This document shows, one piece after another, positions 1-11,749 of a stretch of DNA of 64,000 nucleotides (position 1 is its first letter; each line of letters starts with the position of its first letter). The position numbers and the translations under genes are program-made. A model generated the notes under the pieces. The model was not told the origin of the DNA. It did not search any database and saw nothing but the letters and a program-made list of their open reading frames with translations. The stretch is from Octopus bimaculoides (lineage: Eukaryota): contig NC_068989.1 of NCBI RefSeq assembly GCF_001194135.2, forward strand, positions 19,129,644-19,193,643, written 5' to 3'.

Positions 1-183
1 ATATATATAATAAGAGTTTGATTCAGTTCCATATGATTTAAAAGTTTTGTGGGCTCATAGGATGAACCGATCTCATCAGATGAGTCAAACTGTTATTAAA
101 AAAAAAATGTAACTCCTATCAAATGTTCTGAGTGCCACTTTGTTTTGTTTGTTCACTCGCTTGTATGTATACGTATTTATATA

Positions 184-497
184 TATCTTTTACTCGTTTC
201 ATTCGTTAGACTGTGGCACCGCCTTGAAGAATTTTAGTTGAATGCTTTGACTCCAGTACTTATCTTTTACCAAGCCTGCTACATATTCCATCGGTCTCTT
301 TTGCCAAACCACTGATTTATAGGGACATAAACACACTAACACAAGTTGTTGAGCAGTAGTGGAGGACAAGCACACACACACACACATGATGGGCTTCTTT
401 CAGTTTCCATCTACCAAATCCACTCAAGGCTTTGTTTGGTTGGCCTGAAGCTGAAGTAGAGGACACTTGCTCAAGGTGCCATGCAGTGGAACTTAAA
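184..497 (-). mobile_element. Degraded tRNA-derived CORE-type SINE (family A), 5'-truncated
   Basis: Colinear with the young copies at 9329-9738 and 26792-27196: TATCTTTTACT tail, GACACTTGCTCAAGGTGCC core, internal (CA)n. Boundaries approximate. Confidence 0.8.
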
Positions 498-1049
498 CAC
501 ACACACACATGCACACACACACGCACGCACACACGCATGCATACACACACACACACACACACACGCATAGCGTATATCCTTTACTTTCAATTGTCTTATA
601 TTCCAGGCTGTGACATATTATCATAGTGTTAAGTTATATTCAGTTTTCAACATTTCATTGATAGCTAATATCATTAACACACACACACACACACACAAGG
701 TGTCATTTCTTGCTTGGGATTTTGGTAAATAACTTGTGCCCAGGATGAAATCTCAGATGGAAGAGATTTCCATTTGATGTAATAAAGAGTAAAAAGAAAA
801 AGAAAAAAAAAATGGAAAAAAAAATGTGCAGACAAATAAAGAAAAATGAATAAACTTAAGTGAAATAAGCTAAAACCTCTCATGTCTGGCTGGTGTGTGA
901 ATTATATCATCAGCAAATATTTTAATTTACTGTTTCTAGGTTATTTGAGAGGAAAGCTCTCTTTAGAATGGGTGGTCGATCTACATTTCTACATAGTTTG
1001 TCGTGCCTCCTTATTCTCACACATCTATATATACATGCAACGTATACAT

Positions 1050-1100
<51 letters not shown>

Positions 1101-1106
1101 TCCAAA

Positions 1107-1320
1107 AGGCGGCAAGCTGGTAGAAACGTTAGCACGCCGGGCGAAATGCTTAGCGGCATTTCGTCTGTCTTTACATTCTGAGTTCAAGTTCCACCGAGGT
1201 CGACTTTACCTTTCATCCTTTCGGGGATGATAAATTAAGTACCAGTCACGTACTGGGTTCGATCTAATCGATTGGCTCCCTCCCCCAAAATTTCAGGCCT
1301 TGTGCCTAGACTAGAAAAGA
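1107..1320 (+). mobile_element. tRNA-derived SINE with Meta-type central domain
   Basis: Head GGCGGCAAGCTGGTAGAAAC (A box) and GAGTTCAAGTTCC (B box), then CCTTTCATCCTTTCGGGG..ATAAATTAAGTACCAG, which resembles the MetaSINE core as I recall it. The 5' ~150 bp match 57914-58149. Confidence 0.8.
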
Positions 1321-1448
1321 ATATATATATATTCATACACATACATACACACATGTATATATATATATATATATATATAGATATATATATATATATATAT
1401 ATAGACACATGTGTGTGTGTCTGTGTGTATATATGCATGTATGTATTT

Positions 1449-2172
1449 ATCATCATCATCATCATCGATTAATGTCTGTTTTCCATGCTGGCATGGGTTA
1501 GATGGTTTGACTGAGGTCTGGAGAGGCAGTGGCTGCACCAGGCTCCAATCTGATCTGGCAAAGTTTCTACAGCTGGATGCCCTTCCTATTGCCAACCACT
1601 CCGAGAGTGTAGTGGGTACTTTTTACATGCCACTGGCATGGGAGCCAATCAGGGGGGGGGGGGCATCAGCCCCAGCTACAATATTGGTTTTACTTGACTC
1701 AACAGGTCTTCTCAGGGATATTCTTAACAGGGCCAGACATGCGTGGCTGCGATCTCACGTTAGTTGCCGGGTCTTTTCAATCATAGCATATCTCCAAAGG
1801 TCCCAGTCTCCTGTCATTGCCTCTGTGAGGCCCAATGTACGAAGGTCTTGCTTCACCATTTCATCGCATGTCTTCCTGTGTCTACCTCTTCCACAGGTTC
1901 CTTCTACAGTTAGGGAGTGGCACTTCTTCACACAGCTGTCTTCATTCATATGCAACATATGGCCATACCAGCACAGCCACCTCTCTTTGCACACCCCATT
2001 TGATGCTTCGTATGCCAAACTTTTCTGTCAGGGTGCTTACACTCAGTCGTGTGTGCACACTGACATTAGACATCCAGCTGATCATACTAGCTTCATTTCT
2101 TTCAAGCCTACACATGTCCTCAGCATTCGTGGCCCATGTTTCACTGCCATGTAGCATGGCAGTTCGCACACA
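1449..2172 (-). mobile_element. RTE-clade LINE 3' fragment: frameshifted ORF C-terminus, 3' UTR and (GAT)n tail
   Basis: Minus-strand frames give AMLHGSETWA..RLERNEASMISWM..WYGHMLHMNEDSCVKKC..GRGRHRKTCDEMVKQDLRTLGLTEAM..WRYAMIEKTRQ, typical of the RTE post-RT C-terminus. One frameshift near 1990. Followed by the 3' UTR and a (GAT)n tail. Confidence 0.9.
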
Positions 2173-2456
2173 TGAGCAGCTCGCACACATGCTCATGTAT
2201 TTATATGTATACATATGTATACATATGTATATATGCATGAATATATATGTATATAAGTAAAGATGTGTGCGTATGTATATAAATACATGTATAATATATT
2301 ATATAACGTATAATATATATATATATATATATATATTTAAAATGCAGAGACGCCTATAATAGGACATGGTAAATAAAATAGGACATGGTAAATAAAATTT
2401 CTAAAATTTTCTTTGCTACCCTATAATTTATTATATATATATATATATATATATAT

Positions 2457-2590
2457 NNNNNNNNNNNNNNNNNNNNNNNNNNNNNNNNNNNNNNNNNNNN
2501 NNNNNNNNNNNNNNNNNNNNNNNNNNNNNNNNNNNNNNNNNNNNNNNNNNNNNNNNNNNNNNNNNNNNNNNNNNNNNNNNNNNNNNNNNN
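2457..2590. other. Assembly gap (N run) at a (TA)n tract
   Basis: N bases flanked by (TA)n. Confidence 1.
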
Positions 2591-3222
2591 TATATATGTA
2601 TTATACACATGGATATTTATACTCACTAGGACACACTCATGCAATATGACTGGAGTAGTGGAGGATACCTTGAAGAAAGAGGGTTGTTCGTGCTCAATAC
2701 ACACACAGTAGAGACTCATATAGTAGTGAGTCCAAAATCTTCAATCAACTCAGCAATGATTAGACAACAACTCCCTCCAGTGTTTGAAAGTGTAACCAAT
2801 ATAAAGTATATATGAATGTATTGAAAAATGAATGTAAGATAATGATGTGTGTGTGCATACATCCACACACAGACTGTTGTTCCGGCAGCTTGCTACCTCC
2901 TGCTGTCTATCCGGTTGACTCCAAGAATTTGTGTGTTTTTGTGCTTAACATATGCATGTACATTTGTATATATATAATACAGTATAGGGATATAGTGAGT
3001 AGTGAAAAATTATAAATTTAACAACCTGTTGAGTTGTGATGTTTATAGGGTAGAATTGCTAGAAAATGTATTTTATTTTGTTATCAGTTGGATATGGAGA
3101 AGTCTATCCTCTCAGACTGGTTAGGATTAATGTGGTTTGAAATTCTGTTGAGAAATTTGGGTCCAAACAATGACTTATTAAAGGTCTCATCACCTGAAGA
3201 AGCATAATTTAGAAAACTGTTT

Positions 3223-3273
<51 letters not shown>

Positions 3274-3761
3274 AGACAAAATTTGTGTGTGTGTTTGATT
3301 ATTTTACATCTGTTTTACTATACTAATGTCCTTCCTGTTGCAAACCTCTTACAACATACATGGACATGATGTACCCATTCTAAATCTGGCTCTATGTACA
3401 GTAATGTACAGACACAAACACACGTGTGTACACATGCATACACACACTAACTTTGTTGAATAATTTTCCACAACTAAAGGTAACTTGATTTGTACAAAAG
3501 TGTTAAATTTGTTCTTTATACAGTACTCAGGGTTCAGGGATTATTTGAATTTCATTAAGTTACCTGTGGCTTGTACTCAAAGAGAGAGAATTTTGATTGT
3601 AGCAACATTCATGAGCATCAGGCTGAAAACCTGATGACTTTTCAGGCATCCATCAGTTGTACTTTCTCTCCGTACAATCAGCATACAACTGACTACATAG
3701 AATTTGAGTAGCCCTTCTGTATTCTCAGTATTGTATGAAGATGATGTCTGTGTGTGTGTGA

Positions 3762-4091
3762 AGGCGCATGGCTCAGTGGTTTCAGCATTGGACTCACAAT
3801 CATGAGGTAGTGAGTTTGATTCCCGGACAAGGCTATGTGTTGTGATCTTCAGTAAGACACTTTATATTTCACGTTGCTCCAGTTCACTCAGGTGTAGAAA
3901 TGAGTTGTGATGTCACTGATACCAAGCTGTATCAGCCTTTGCCTTTACCTTGGATAACATCAGTGGCCTGGAGAGGAGAGGCTGGTATGCATGGGTGACT
4001 GCTAGTCTTCATAAACAACCTTGCCTGGACTTGTAACTGAGAGGGGAACTTACTAAGTGTAATCCCATGGTCATTCATGACCGAAGAGGGT

Positions 4092-4092
<1 letters not shown>
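3762..4092 (+). mobile_element. tRNA-derived SINE (family C)
   Basis: AGGCGCATGGCTCAGTGG (A box), GAGTTTGATTCCCGG (B box), then a CORE-like segment AGTAAGACACTTT..CACGTTGCTCCAGTTCACTCAG shared with 7415-7650 and 13940-14195. Confidence 0.8.
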
Positions 4093-4141
<49 letters not shown>

Positions 4142-4239
4142 TGTGGCCATTCACTGTCATGCTATCTCTGTGATTTCAATTTGCCTTTTATGCATTTGTA
4201 GTTCAGACTGTGAACACTACTTCTTGTCTGTATGTCTGG

Positions 4240-4515
4240 TGCCACATAAAAAAACAACCAGCCCACACTGTAAAGTGGTTGGCATTTGGAAGGGCATCCA
4301 GCTGTAAAAACCATGCCAAAATTGACCTCACCTGTGTTGATGCCACATAAAAAAAACACTTGGTCTACTCTGCGGGGTGTTTGGCATTAGGAAGGGCATC
4401 CTGCTGTAAAAAACCTGCCAAAACAGACAAGTCTGGTGCAACCTTCTGCCTGGCCAGCTCCTGTCAAATCATCTAACTCATGCGACCACAGAAGGCTGAC
4501 ATTAAATGATGATGT
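4240..4515 (+). mobile_element. Two tandem degraded RTE 3' UTR fragments
   Basis: GTGGTTGGCATT.GGAAGGGCATCCAGCTGTAAAAA occurs twice and the region ends in CATTAAATGATGATG, the same 3' end as 1449-1770. Confidence 0.7.
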
Positions 4516-4735
4516 ATATACTTTTCCGTGTGTGTATATATATATTTGCATGTGTATACGCATCTGAAGCAAAATTTTATGGCTGGATGTTCTTCCTTTT
4601 ACTAACCTGTACAAGTTTTCAACTAAATTCTTTTTATTCCACAAAAATGTTGAATGAGCAGTTGTAATGTCAACAAGCAATAGAAAAGTTTTCATTCTCT
4701 CCCCCACCTCCACTGACTGCAGTTCTGTCTATTAA

Positions 4736-4923
4736 CCCATTGGCATTTAAACTGTTTTATGCTAAAACTGACCAGATCAGGCCTCTCACAGCTACCCAGC
4801 AATGTCATTCTAAAAAAAAAAAAAACAATTATATCTTCAAAATATCAAAACTACAAGATAATACAGGATTAATTTTATAAAATGTGCATAAATAAGTATT
4901 ACATTTGACTGAATACTAAAGGG
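4736..4923. mobile_element. Degraded piggyBac-like MITE (family E)
   Basis: TTAA-CCCATTGGCATT...AATACTAAAGGG ends; the internal sequence matches 61817-62040. Confidence 0.7.
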
Positions 4924-5032
4924 TGAAAGCTACTTATAAGGCATTAATAGCCCCCAAAACCTGAGTTAACTAATACCTTAGTGAATTTAGCTGTTTGTCC
5001 CAATCAACTCAAACTTCAATACACATATACAA

Positions 5033-5277
5033 GCATACCATCACATCATCATTTATTGTCCACTTTTCTGTACCTGATGGAATGTGTTGAGACAGATTTT
5101 TCTGCAACAGGTACCTTTCTGTCTCGACTACCCTCACCTGTTTCCAATTAAGGTAATAATATTTCCTCATTGCCAGATGTGTTTTCACAGAAGGTTGGAA
5201 GCAAAGGAGACTGCTTGTATGACAGTGATGCTCATTTCCAACTATCATATGACATCAGGACCAGGAGACAGTTACAG

Positions 5278-5285
<8 letters not shown>
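5033..5285. mobile_element. Family D repeat (RTE-type tail with a different body)
   Basis: CCCTCACCTGTTTCCAA..AAGGTAATA..CCAGATGTGTTTTCAC..GCTTGTATGACAGTGATGCTC recurs at 11750-11970, 17930-18170, 21270-21510, 53380-53570 and 54760-54960. Confidence 0.6.
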
Positions 5286-5327
<42 letters not shown>

Positions 5328-5519
5328 TCTGTTTACTAACTTGACTCATGAGAGGCCTTGATGACACTTAGTAGATGACACTTGCCTAAGGTATTATACA
5401 GTGGGACTGACCCTGAAACCATGCCTACATGCATGCAGCATGCACAAACACACACTCAGGCTTATATATACATATATGTGTGTGTGTGTGTATGTATGTA
5501 TATATATATGTGTGTGTGT

Positions 5520-5802
5520 GTAACATGTAAAAAGCACCCATGCCAGTGACACATAATGGACCCCCATGCCTGTGACACGTAAAAAGCCTCCATGCTGGTG
5601 GCATGTAAGTGAACCCCATGCCAGTGACATATAAAAGGGCAACCAGTACACTCTGTAAAATGGCTGGTGTTAGGAAGGGCATCCAACCATAGAAACCAAA
5701 CCAAAGCAGACAACTGGAGCCTGGTGCAGCTCTGGCTAACCAGCTCTTGTCAAACCATCTAACCCATGCCAGCATGGAAAACAGACGTTAAATGATGATG
5801 AT
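5520..5802 (+). mobile_element. RTE 3' UTR copy with an internal ~26-bp tandem array
   Basis: About four units of the type CATGCCAGTGACACATAATGGACCCC, then GGAAGGGCATCC...CCCATGCCAGCATGGAAAACAGACGTTAAATGATGATG. Confidence 0.75.
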
Positions 5803-6533
5803 AGAGATATACGTACACACACATGTGTATACATGCACACAAAATCAGGATTTTTATTAAAGTGATGATATGTTTGAAACACGATACTGATAGAGTCTCT
5901 GATTAAGTTATTTCTGTGATTTCTTTGTTTTAACTATGCTAATTTAAAAAAAAAAACGTACATAAGTATAATATTGTAATATTTACTTAGTGATTGTTTT
6001 ATCACCACCTAAACAAGTAGAGTGAAATTTAACTCTGATGAAAAGGTGTAATAAGATTGAAACATGCCTAGTGTTGATTCCAGTACATACCAAAACGGTT
6101 AATGATCATGCTTCATTTTTCTCAGCATACAAATATTTCTAATGATACTTTTTATGTTCATTACCCTAAATATGATAACGCTAATTTGTTCTATCCATTA
6201 TCTTGTTCTCTGATAATTAGGCAACTTTTATTCACAGAAATCAGAAAGTGGTTTTTATCAAGAACTGTTGTAGCAAGTGTGTCTGTGTGTGATAAAGAGT
6301 CAACAGTAATGTAGTTCCCATTTTTCCTCTCTGATTCCTTCTGTCTTTCTATTTATTATCTCTCTCTCTCTCCCTCTCCCTCTCTCTCTCTCTATTGAAT
6401 GAGGTGGTGGGGAAAATTCTGTTATATCCATTAAGCTGCTCCTGGTAAGAAACCTGTCCTGAATCCGGGGTGAGACGGATTTGATATCTGTATTAACATG
6501 GACCTTTATTTTATTTATTTATTGGTTTCCTAG

Positions 6534-6572
6534 GGCTTAGAGTACAACTCAAGAACCTACTTAGATTGGTAG
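6534..6572 (+). CDS. Candidate 39-nt microexon (phase 1-1), unknown product
   Basis: TTTATTGGTTTCCTAG acceptor and TAG|GTAAGA donor. Only one frame is open: LRVQLKNLLRLV. No homology recognised. Confidence 0.2.
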   Translation, partial: GLEYNSRTYLDW

Positions 6573-6990
6573 GTAAGAAAGAGACGGGGTGGGGGGGAGA
6601 CCTAAATTAACTTTATCCCACATCTTTTTGCTTTCTCTCCATGATCCACCCCCACCTTACATCAACCTTCCCTTAGCCCGTTCCCACCCTCCAGAAATGG
6701 AATGGGGTGGAGACAGAGAAAGAATGGTGGTGGTGGTTTGTGGTGGCTGGTAGGTTGGTAGGTCGGTTGGTTGGTTGGTTTACTTGGCTAGACAGGCATT
6801 CCACATACTTTTCTCACACTGCTGGTGGGAATCTGAATGATGGACAAGGTTGTGAATGGAGTCGCTGTCAAGTGATGGTGGCGGGCAAGGAGGGAGAGGA
6901 GACAGTGTATACTACTGCTGGAAGAACTGGAAAGTTGTTGTTGTTATTATTATTATTAAACTATGTTTCTAACTCTGATATTACATACAG

Positions 6991-7035
6991 ACTTTATAAG
7001 AGTTGCTTATTTGGAAACATTCTCAGAGAAAATTG
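6991..7035 (+). CDS. Candidate 45-nt microexon (phase 1-1), unknown product
   Basis: CTAAC branch-like motif about 20 nt upstream of a TACAG acceptor; weak TG|GTAAAA donor. Frame FIRVAYLETFSEKI. Confidence 0.15.
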
Positions 7036-7414
7036 GTAAAAAAAAAGAAAATGAAAACTAAATAAAAAAAAGAAGTTGAATGGGAAAAACTGCTAAATTT
7101 GTAACTTCACTATATTCATCACCAAGTTCTTATCTTTTGTCTCTCTGACATTGTTGTGTAGACAAGAGGAATGGTAAGGGGTGATGGAATAATAGAGTTA
7201 GTAGAGGAATTCCATCAGTCTAAGTTGTGAGTTCAATTCCTACTGTAGGTGATGTTGGCTTTTTTTTTTCTCTCTCTGTGATTGAAAAAGTTTAGTACCA
7301 ATGGCTTTATCTTCTATGATGAAACCTGTTCTTGAAGAAGAGGTTGAGCAATAGGGTCAGGAAAGTGCCTATAAACTCCGTTTTTGATCCTGTATTACTA
7401 GTAAGATTGTGGAG

Positions 7415-7650
7415 ATGTGTGGCCTAGTGGTTACGGTGTTGGATTCCTGATCGTAAGATTGTGGTTTCGATTCCTGTATTGGGCAATGTATTGTGTTCTT
7501 CAGCAAAACACTTCATTTCTCATTGCTCCAGTCCAGTCAGCTGGCAAAAATGAGCAATTCTGTGATGGACCAACATCCTGTCCAGGGGGAGAATATGTGC
7601 TCCACAGAAACTGGGATACCATCCCCATGAGTCTATATCATGCGAGAAAG
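7415..7650 (+). mobile_element. tRNA-derived SINE (family C variant)
   Basis: GTGGCCTAGTGG A box, GGTTTCGATTCC B box, CAGCAAAACACTTCATTTCTCATTGCTCCAGTCCAGTCAGCTG core. Confidence 0.75.
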
Positions 7651-9328
7651 TTTTTTATCTACCTTTTTTATGTAGTAAGATTGAGTTATCTTCAGGCGGG
7701 CCATCTCGATCAAATGTCTGCAATAGAATGGAACATGGCTAAGATCACCCAAGAATCAGTTGCTGATGTTAAACTGAGCAACAGATAAAGTCTACCACCC
7801 ACATACCCATGGCCTTTACATCCTTGCCACTCCACAACTTCTTAGAAATTATTATGAATGATGTTGAAGTTGATAGTTACTCTACATGTTTTATGGTGCA
7901 TCCTAAAATCATAAACTTAGACCATACCGAGAATGAATATATAGAAACTATATATATGCTTTAAAACTATATATGCAGTGAACAGGTCGTGGTCTTAAAG
8001 TGACGAAAATATTTTGACACATTAAATTTAAATGTTGAAGTGAATCTAACGGTTTTTTTGTGTTTCTTAAATGGCTTATAAACACCTTCCATGCTGCAAT
8101 TGTTTATATATGCTTTAAAAGTTAAAATGTCCAGATCTACTCTACCAATGGAGTGCTGACATGCTATCTTGATAAATACACTTATTTCAAATAACAGAGC
8201 TATTAAACCAAAGACTTATCACTGAAATGTACACACTGCTAGTTACACAGCCACCACTTCACCCAACACCACCACCACCTCCATCACTGTCTATTTTACC
8301 ATATTGCTATGGGTGTGTTGGACCAGGATATTCCAATAAAGTACAGCAGTGAAATTGTTTAATTACATTTTTGAGCAGTAAACTGTGAAATTAGACTTGG
8401 ATTGGTGAGCGAGACTCTGTGTGTGACTGACAATGTGTGTGTGTGTGTGTGTGTGTGTGTTTGAGTCTTGAGTCTGTGATTGTGTTGTGTTTTCATTGTT
8501 TGTTTACCATGTGTATCAGTGGCCATGCTTATTGTATGTATAGTGGATCTATTTGTGTGAGTGGTTATGCATACACACATACCAATGTGTGTGTTCTCGT
8601 GCCAGTTGTGTATGCATGTGTATGGAATGCATCTGATCTGTATTCAGGTTCTGAAAACAAAACAAAACAATAACAACCAACTATCAGCATCTTATGATAG
8701 TCTGCTGACATTACCAGTTAGGCTTCTGTGCAGTTGGTCCCACTTCAAATTACTATTGTCTGTTTACTAATAGCATATCAGTGACTTTTCAATTGCCTAC
8801 CAGATGGACATTTCTGGTATTCCTTTTCAACAACTGCAGACACCTTTCATTGTCTCCTGATAGACTTATTGTCTTCACATACAAACTTGTCCCATCATGT
8901 GATAATCTCTTATTTGTTGTGGTTTGGGACACAGTTATTAATCTATTAGTCACTTTTGATACACAAACACACATTTGTTAAAAGTCATTAATTTGTACTA
9001 ATGCTCTAAAGTCTCCAGTCATTATTAACACTTCAAAAAGATCTTTTTGTTTTTTATTGAAACATAAAATATGTATTTTAAAAACAAGGGGAGCCAATTG
9101 TTAGGATGGCCTTGTCACCTTGTGGCCTGGAAGAGCAGCAGTTTTCCTCTGTTTGGTAGTTATAGCAAAAGAAGTGCAGTAGATGTAACCGAAACAACTA
9201 ATCTCTAATCTATTTTTTACAAGTTCTGCTTAGAGAGGGCAGTTCTATGCTCCAGTAGAACTTTGTAGAAATTTGTAGAAAGGTGCTTAAGAGCTCAGGT
9301 TTATTCTCAGCATCTACCGGTAGGTTTA

Positions 9329-9738
9329 CTCTTTTACTCTTTTACTTGTTTCAGTCATTTGACTGCGGCCATGCTGGGGCACCGCCTTTAGTCAAGCAAA
9401 TCGATCCCAGGACTTATTCTTTGTAAGCCTAGTACTTATTCTATCGGTCTCTTTTGCCGAACCGCTAGGTGACGGGGGACATAAACACACCAGCATTGGT
9501 TGTCAAGCGATGGTGGGGGGACAAACCCAGACACACAAACAAACATACATATATATATATACATACATATATACGACGGGCTTCTTTCAGTTTCCGTCTA
9601 CCAAATCCACTCACAAGGCTTTGGTCAGCCTGAGGCTATAGTAGAAGACACTTGCCCAAGGTGCCACGCAGTGGGACTGAACCCGGAACCATGTGGTTGG
9701 TAAGCAAGCTACTTACCACACAGCCACTCCTGCGCCTA
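9329..9738 (-). mobile_element. Young full-length tRNA-derived CORE-type SINE (family A) with 8-bp TSD
   Basis: The minus strand begins AGGCGCAGGAGTGGCTGTGTGG (A box), GGTTCAGTCCC (B box) and CACCTTGGGCAAGTGTC (CORE-like), and ends in an (AGTAAAAG)n-type tail. TAGGTTTA is duplicated at 9321-9328 and 9739-9746. Confidence 0.92.
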
Positions 9739-10150
9739 TAGGTTTAGGAATATTACATGAGAAAGGGTACTTAAACATTGTAGTCCTGAAACAATCAAGG
9801 TATCTTACATGGTTCTGCTGGGTTCCTTCATTGGCCCTAAGTTGCAGTTAGCCTCTTTGGGACCTTAGTCCCATAGTTGTATACTGTGCGTGCCATTTCT
9901 AATTTTCTTTTCTCATTCTTCTTCTTTCAATGTAACTCCTTGTCTTATGTGACCTACTTTTGTAACAAAAATACCTTGTGGTATTTAGTTATAGCTATAT
10001 ATGATCCCAGACACACACATATACTAATGTACATATGTATATTTGTGACACAGCATATATCCTGAAATTATCACTTAACCTAGAATAGCTTGTTTAAATA
10101 CATAGTGGATCTTGTCTTACTGAAAGGTCATGTGTGACATTTTTTTTCAG

Positions 10151-10198
10151 GTGCTACAAACACTAATAACCAGACAACACCAGTAGATAGTAATACTT
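10151..10198 (+). CDS. Candidate 48-nt microexon (phase 1-1), N/T-rich
   Basis: Strong TTTTTTTTCAG acceptor; frame ATNTNNQTTPVDSNT contains an NQT sequon; weak TT|GTAAAA donor. Confidence 0.2.
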
Positions 10199-10603
10199 GT
10201 AAAACATTTTCCTTGTATTGCTTTTCTTTATTTTATTACCATCAATTAAACTAGATAATTATTTAATGAGCGTTGATTTTTTTTGTTTTAGTTTTTTTTT
10301 TATGTGCTTGTGTGTTATTGAGGTTATATGGTATTAAGTTTCTACCGGCTTTCTTCATACCAAACAAGGTTAATTGATTGTTAATACTGTTGGTTTTTAT
10401 CGTTCTGGCAATTAAATATTATCTTATCCTTTCATGGTCATAGTCGCCTCTAACATGCCATCTGATTTAACATCACCTCTTGATCCTGGGGTCACTTTGC
10501 TGCAGGCATTCAGATCACACCCACAATTTCATACCCACATTTTTTCCTGGGTGTCAGCATCTGTCTCGGCTGAAAGTAGACCATTTCACTCCCAACTCAT
10601 TTA

Positions 10604-10990
10604 TATCTTTCCTCTTTTATTTGTTTTAGTCTGTGGCCATGCTGGGGCACCATCTTGAAGGGTTTAGTCAAACAAATTGATCCCAGTTGTTATATATATT
10701 TTTTTAAAGTTTGACACTTATTCTGTCTCTTTGCTGAACTGCTAAGTCATACAGAAATAAACAAACCATCACTTGGTGTCAAGTGGTGGTGGTGGTGGGA
10801 CAAACACAGACATATACGCACATGCACAATATGAGGTTCCACAGTTTCCATCTACCAAATTCATTCACTAGGCATTAGTCATCCCAGGGCTAAAGTAGAA
10901 GACACTTGCCTAAGGTGCTATACAGTGGGACTGAACCCAAAACCATGCAGTTGCATAGTGAGTTTCTTAATGAAACAGCCATGCTTGCAT
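10604..10990 (-). mobile_element. Older family A SINE
   Basis: Colinear but diverged match to 9329-9738. Confidence 0.8.
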
Positions 10991-11053
10991 CTATGAAAAC
11001 TGAAATAATGCACAAAATTGAAATACTTATGATCTTTAAAACAGAAGTGAAGC

Positions 11054-11216
11054 TTACTCTTTTACTTGTTTCAGTCATTTGACTGCGGCCATGCTGGAGC
11101 ACCACCTTTAGTCGAGCAAATCGACCCCAGGACTTATCCTTTGGAAGCCTAGTACTTATTCTATCAGTCTCTTTTGCCGAACTGCTAAGTTACGAGGACG
11201 TAAACACACCACACAG

Positions 11217-11247
<31 letters not shown>

Positions 11248-11407
11248 CATATATACGACAGGCTTCTTTCAGTTTCCGTCTACCAAATCCACTCACAAGG
11301 CTTTGGTCGGCCCGAGGCTATAGTAGAAGACACTTGCCCAAGGTGCCATGCAGTGGAACTGAACCCGGAACCATGTGGTTGGTAAGCAAGCTACTTACCA
11401 CACAGCC
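11054..11407 (-). mobile_element. Young family A SINE
   Basis: Near-identical to 9329-9738, with a small internal deletion before the (CA)n tract. Confidence 0.9.
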
Positions 11408-11749
11408 TCTAGCTAAATATATGTGAAATGCAAAGACTTCTACTCTTCCCCATCTGCCATATGACCTAATACTTTGTGGCAGATTGTACAGAATAGTACC
11501 AGAATAGAATGACTATTGCCATATTTCATCTACAAGACCTGTGGCCTGCTCCCAAGTGTTTGATTGGCAACCAGCACTGTAGGTAGGTGTTGTCAAACAG
11601 AAGTGACAGGGGATTAATCAACAGCAACAACATGAATTTAGTGACTTTGTATGGTGTGTTGAAAGTGAGTTAGCACAGACTCAGTAATGTATTGTCACTG
11701 AAAGCCAAAATGCAACAAATAGTTCAAAAAAGTCTGGAACAGGCAGACA

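Noticed and set aside
7690-7788. Protein-like reading AGHLDQMSAIEWNMAKITQESVADVKLSNR*
   Set aside because: The ORF begins inside a SINE, the acceptor is weak and I recognise no homology.
8740-9030. Faint minus-strand resemblance to a LINE AP-endonuclease (VLIMTGDF.., ..DMLLVNR)
   Set aside because: The motifs are too short and degraded to support without an alignment. The same applies to 42440-42890 and the possible RTE 5' region at 39800-40200.
9660-9738. tRNA-like A/B box sequences in SINE heads
   Set aside because: There is no complete cloverleaf, and the sequences continue into SINE cores, so they are not tRNA genes.
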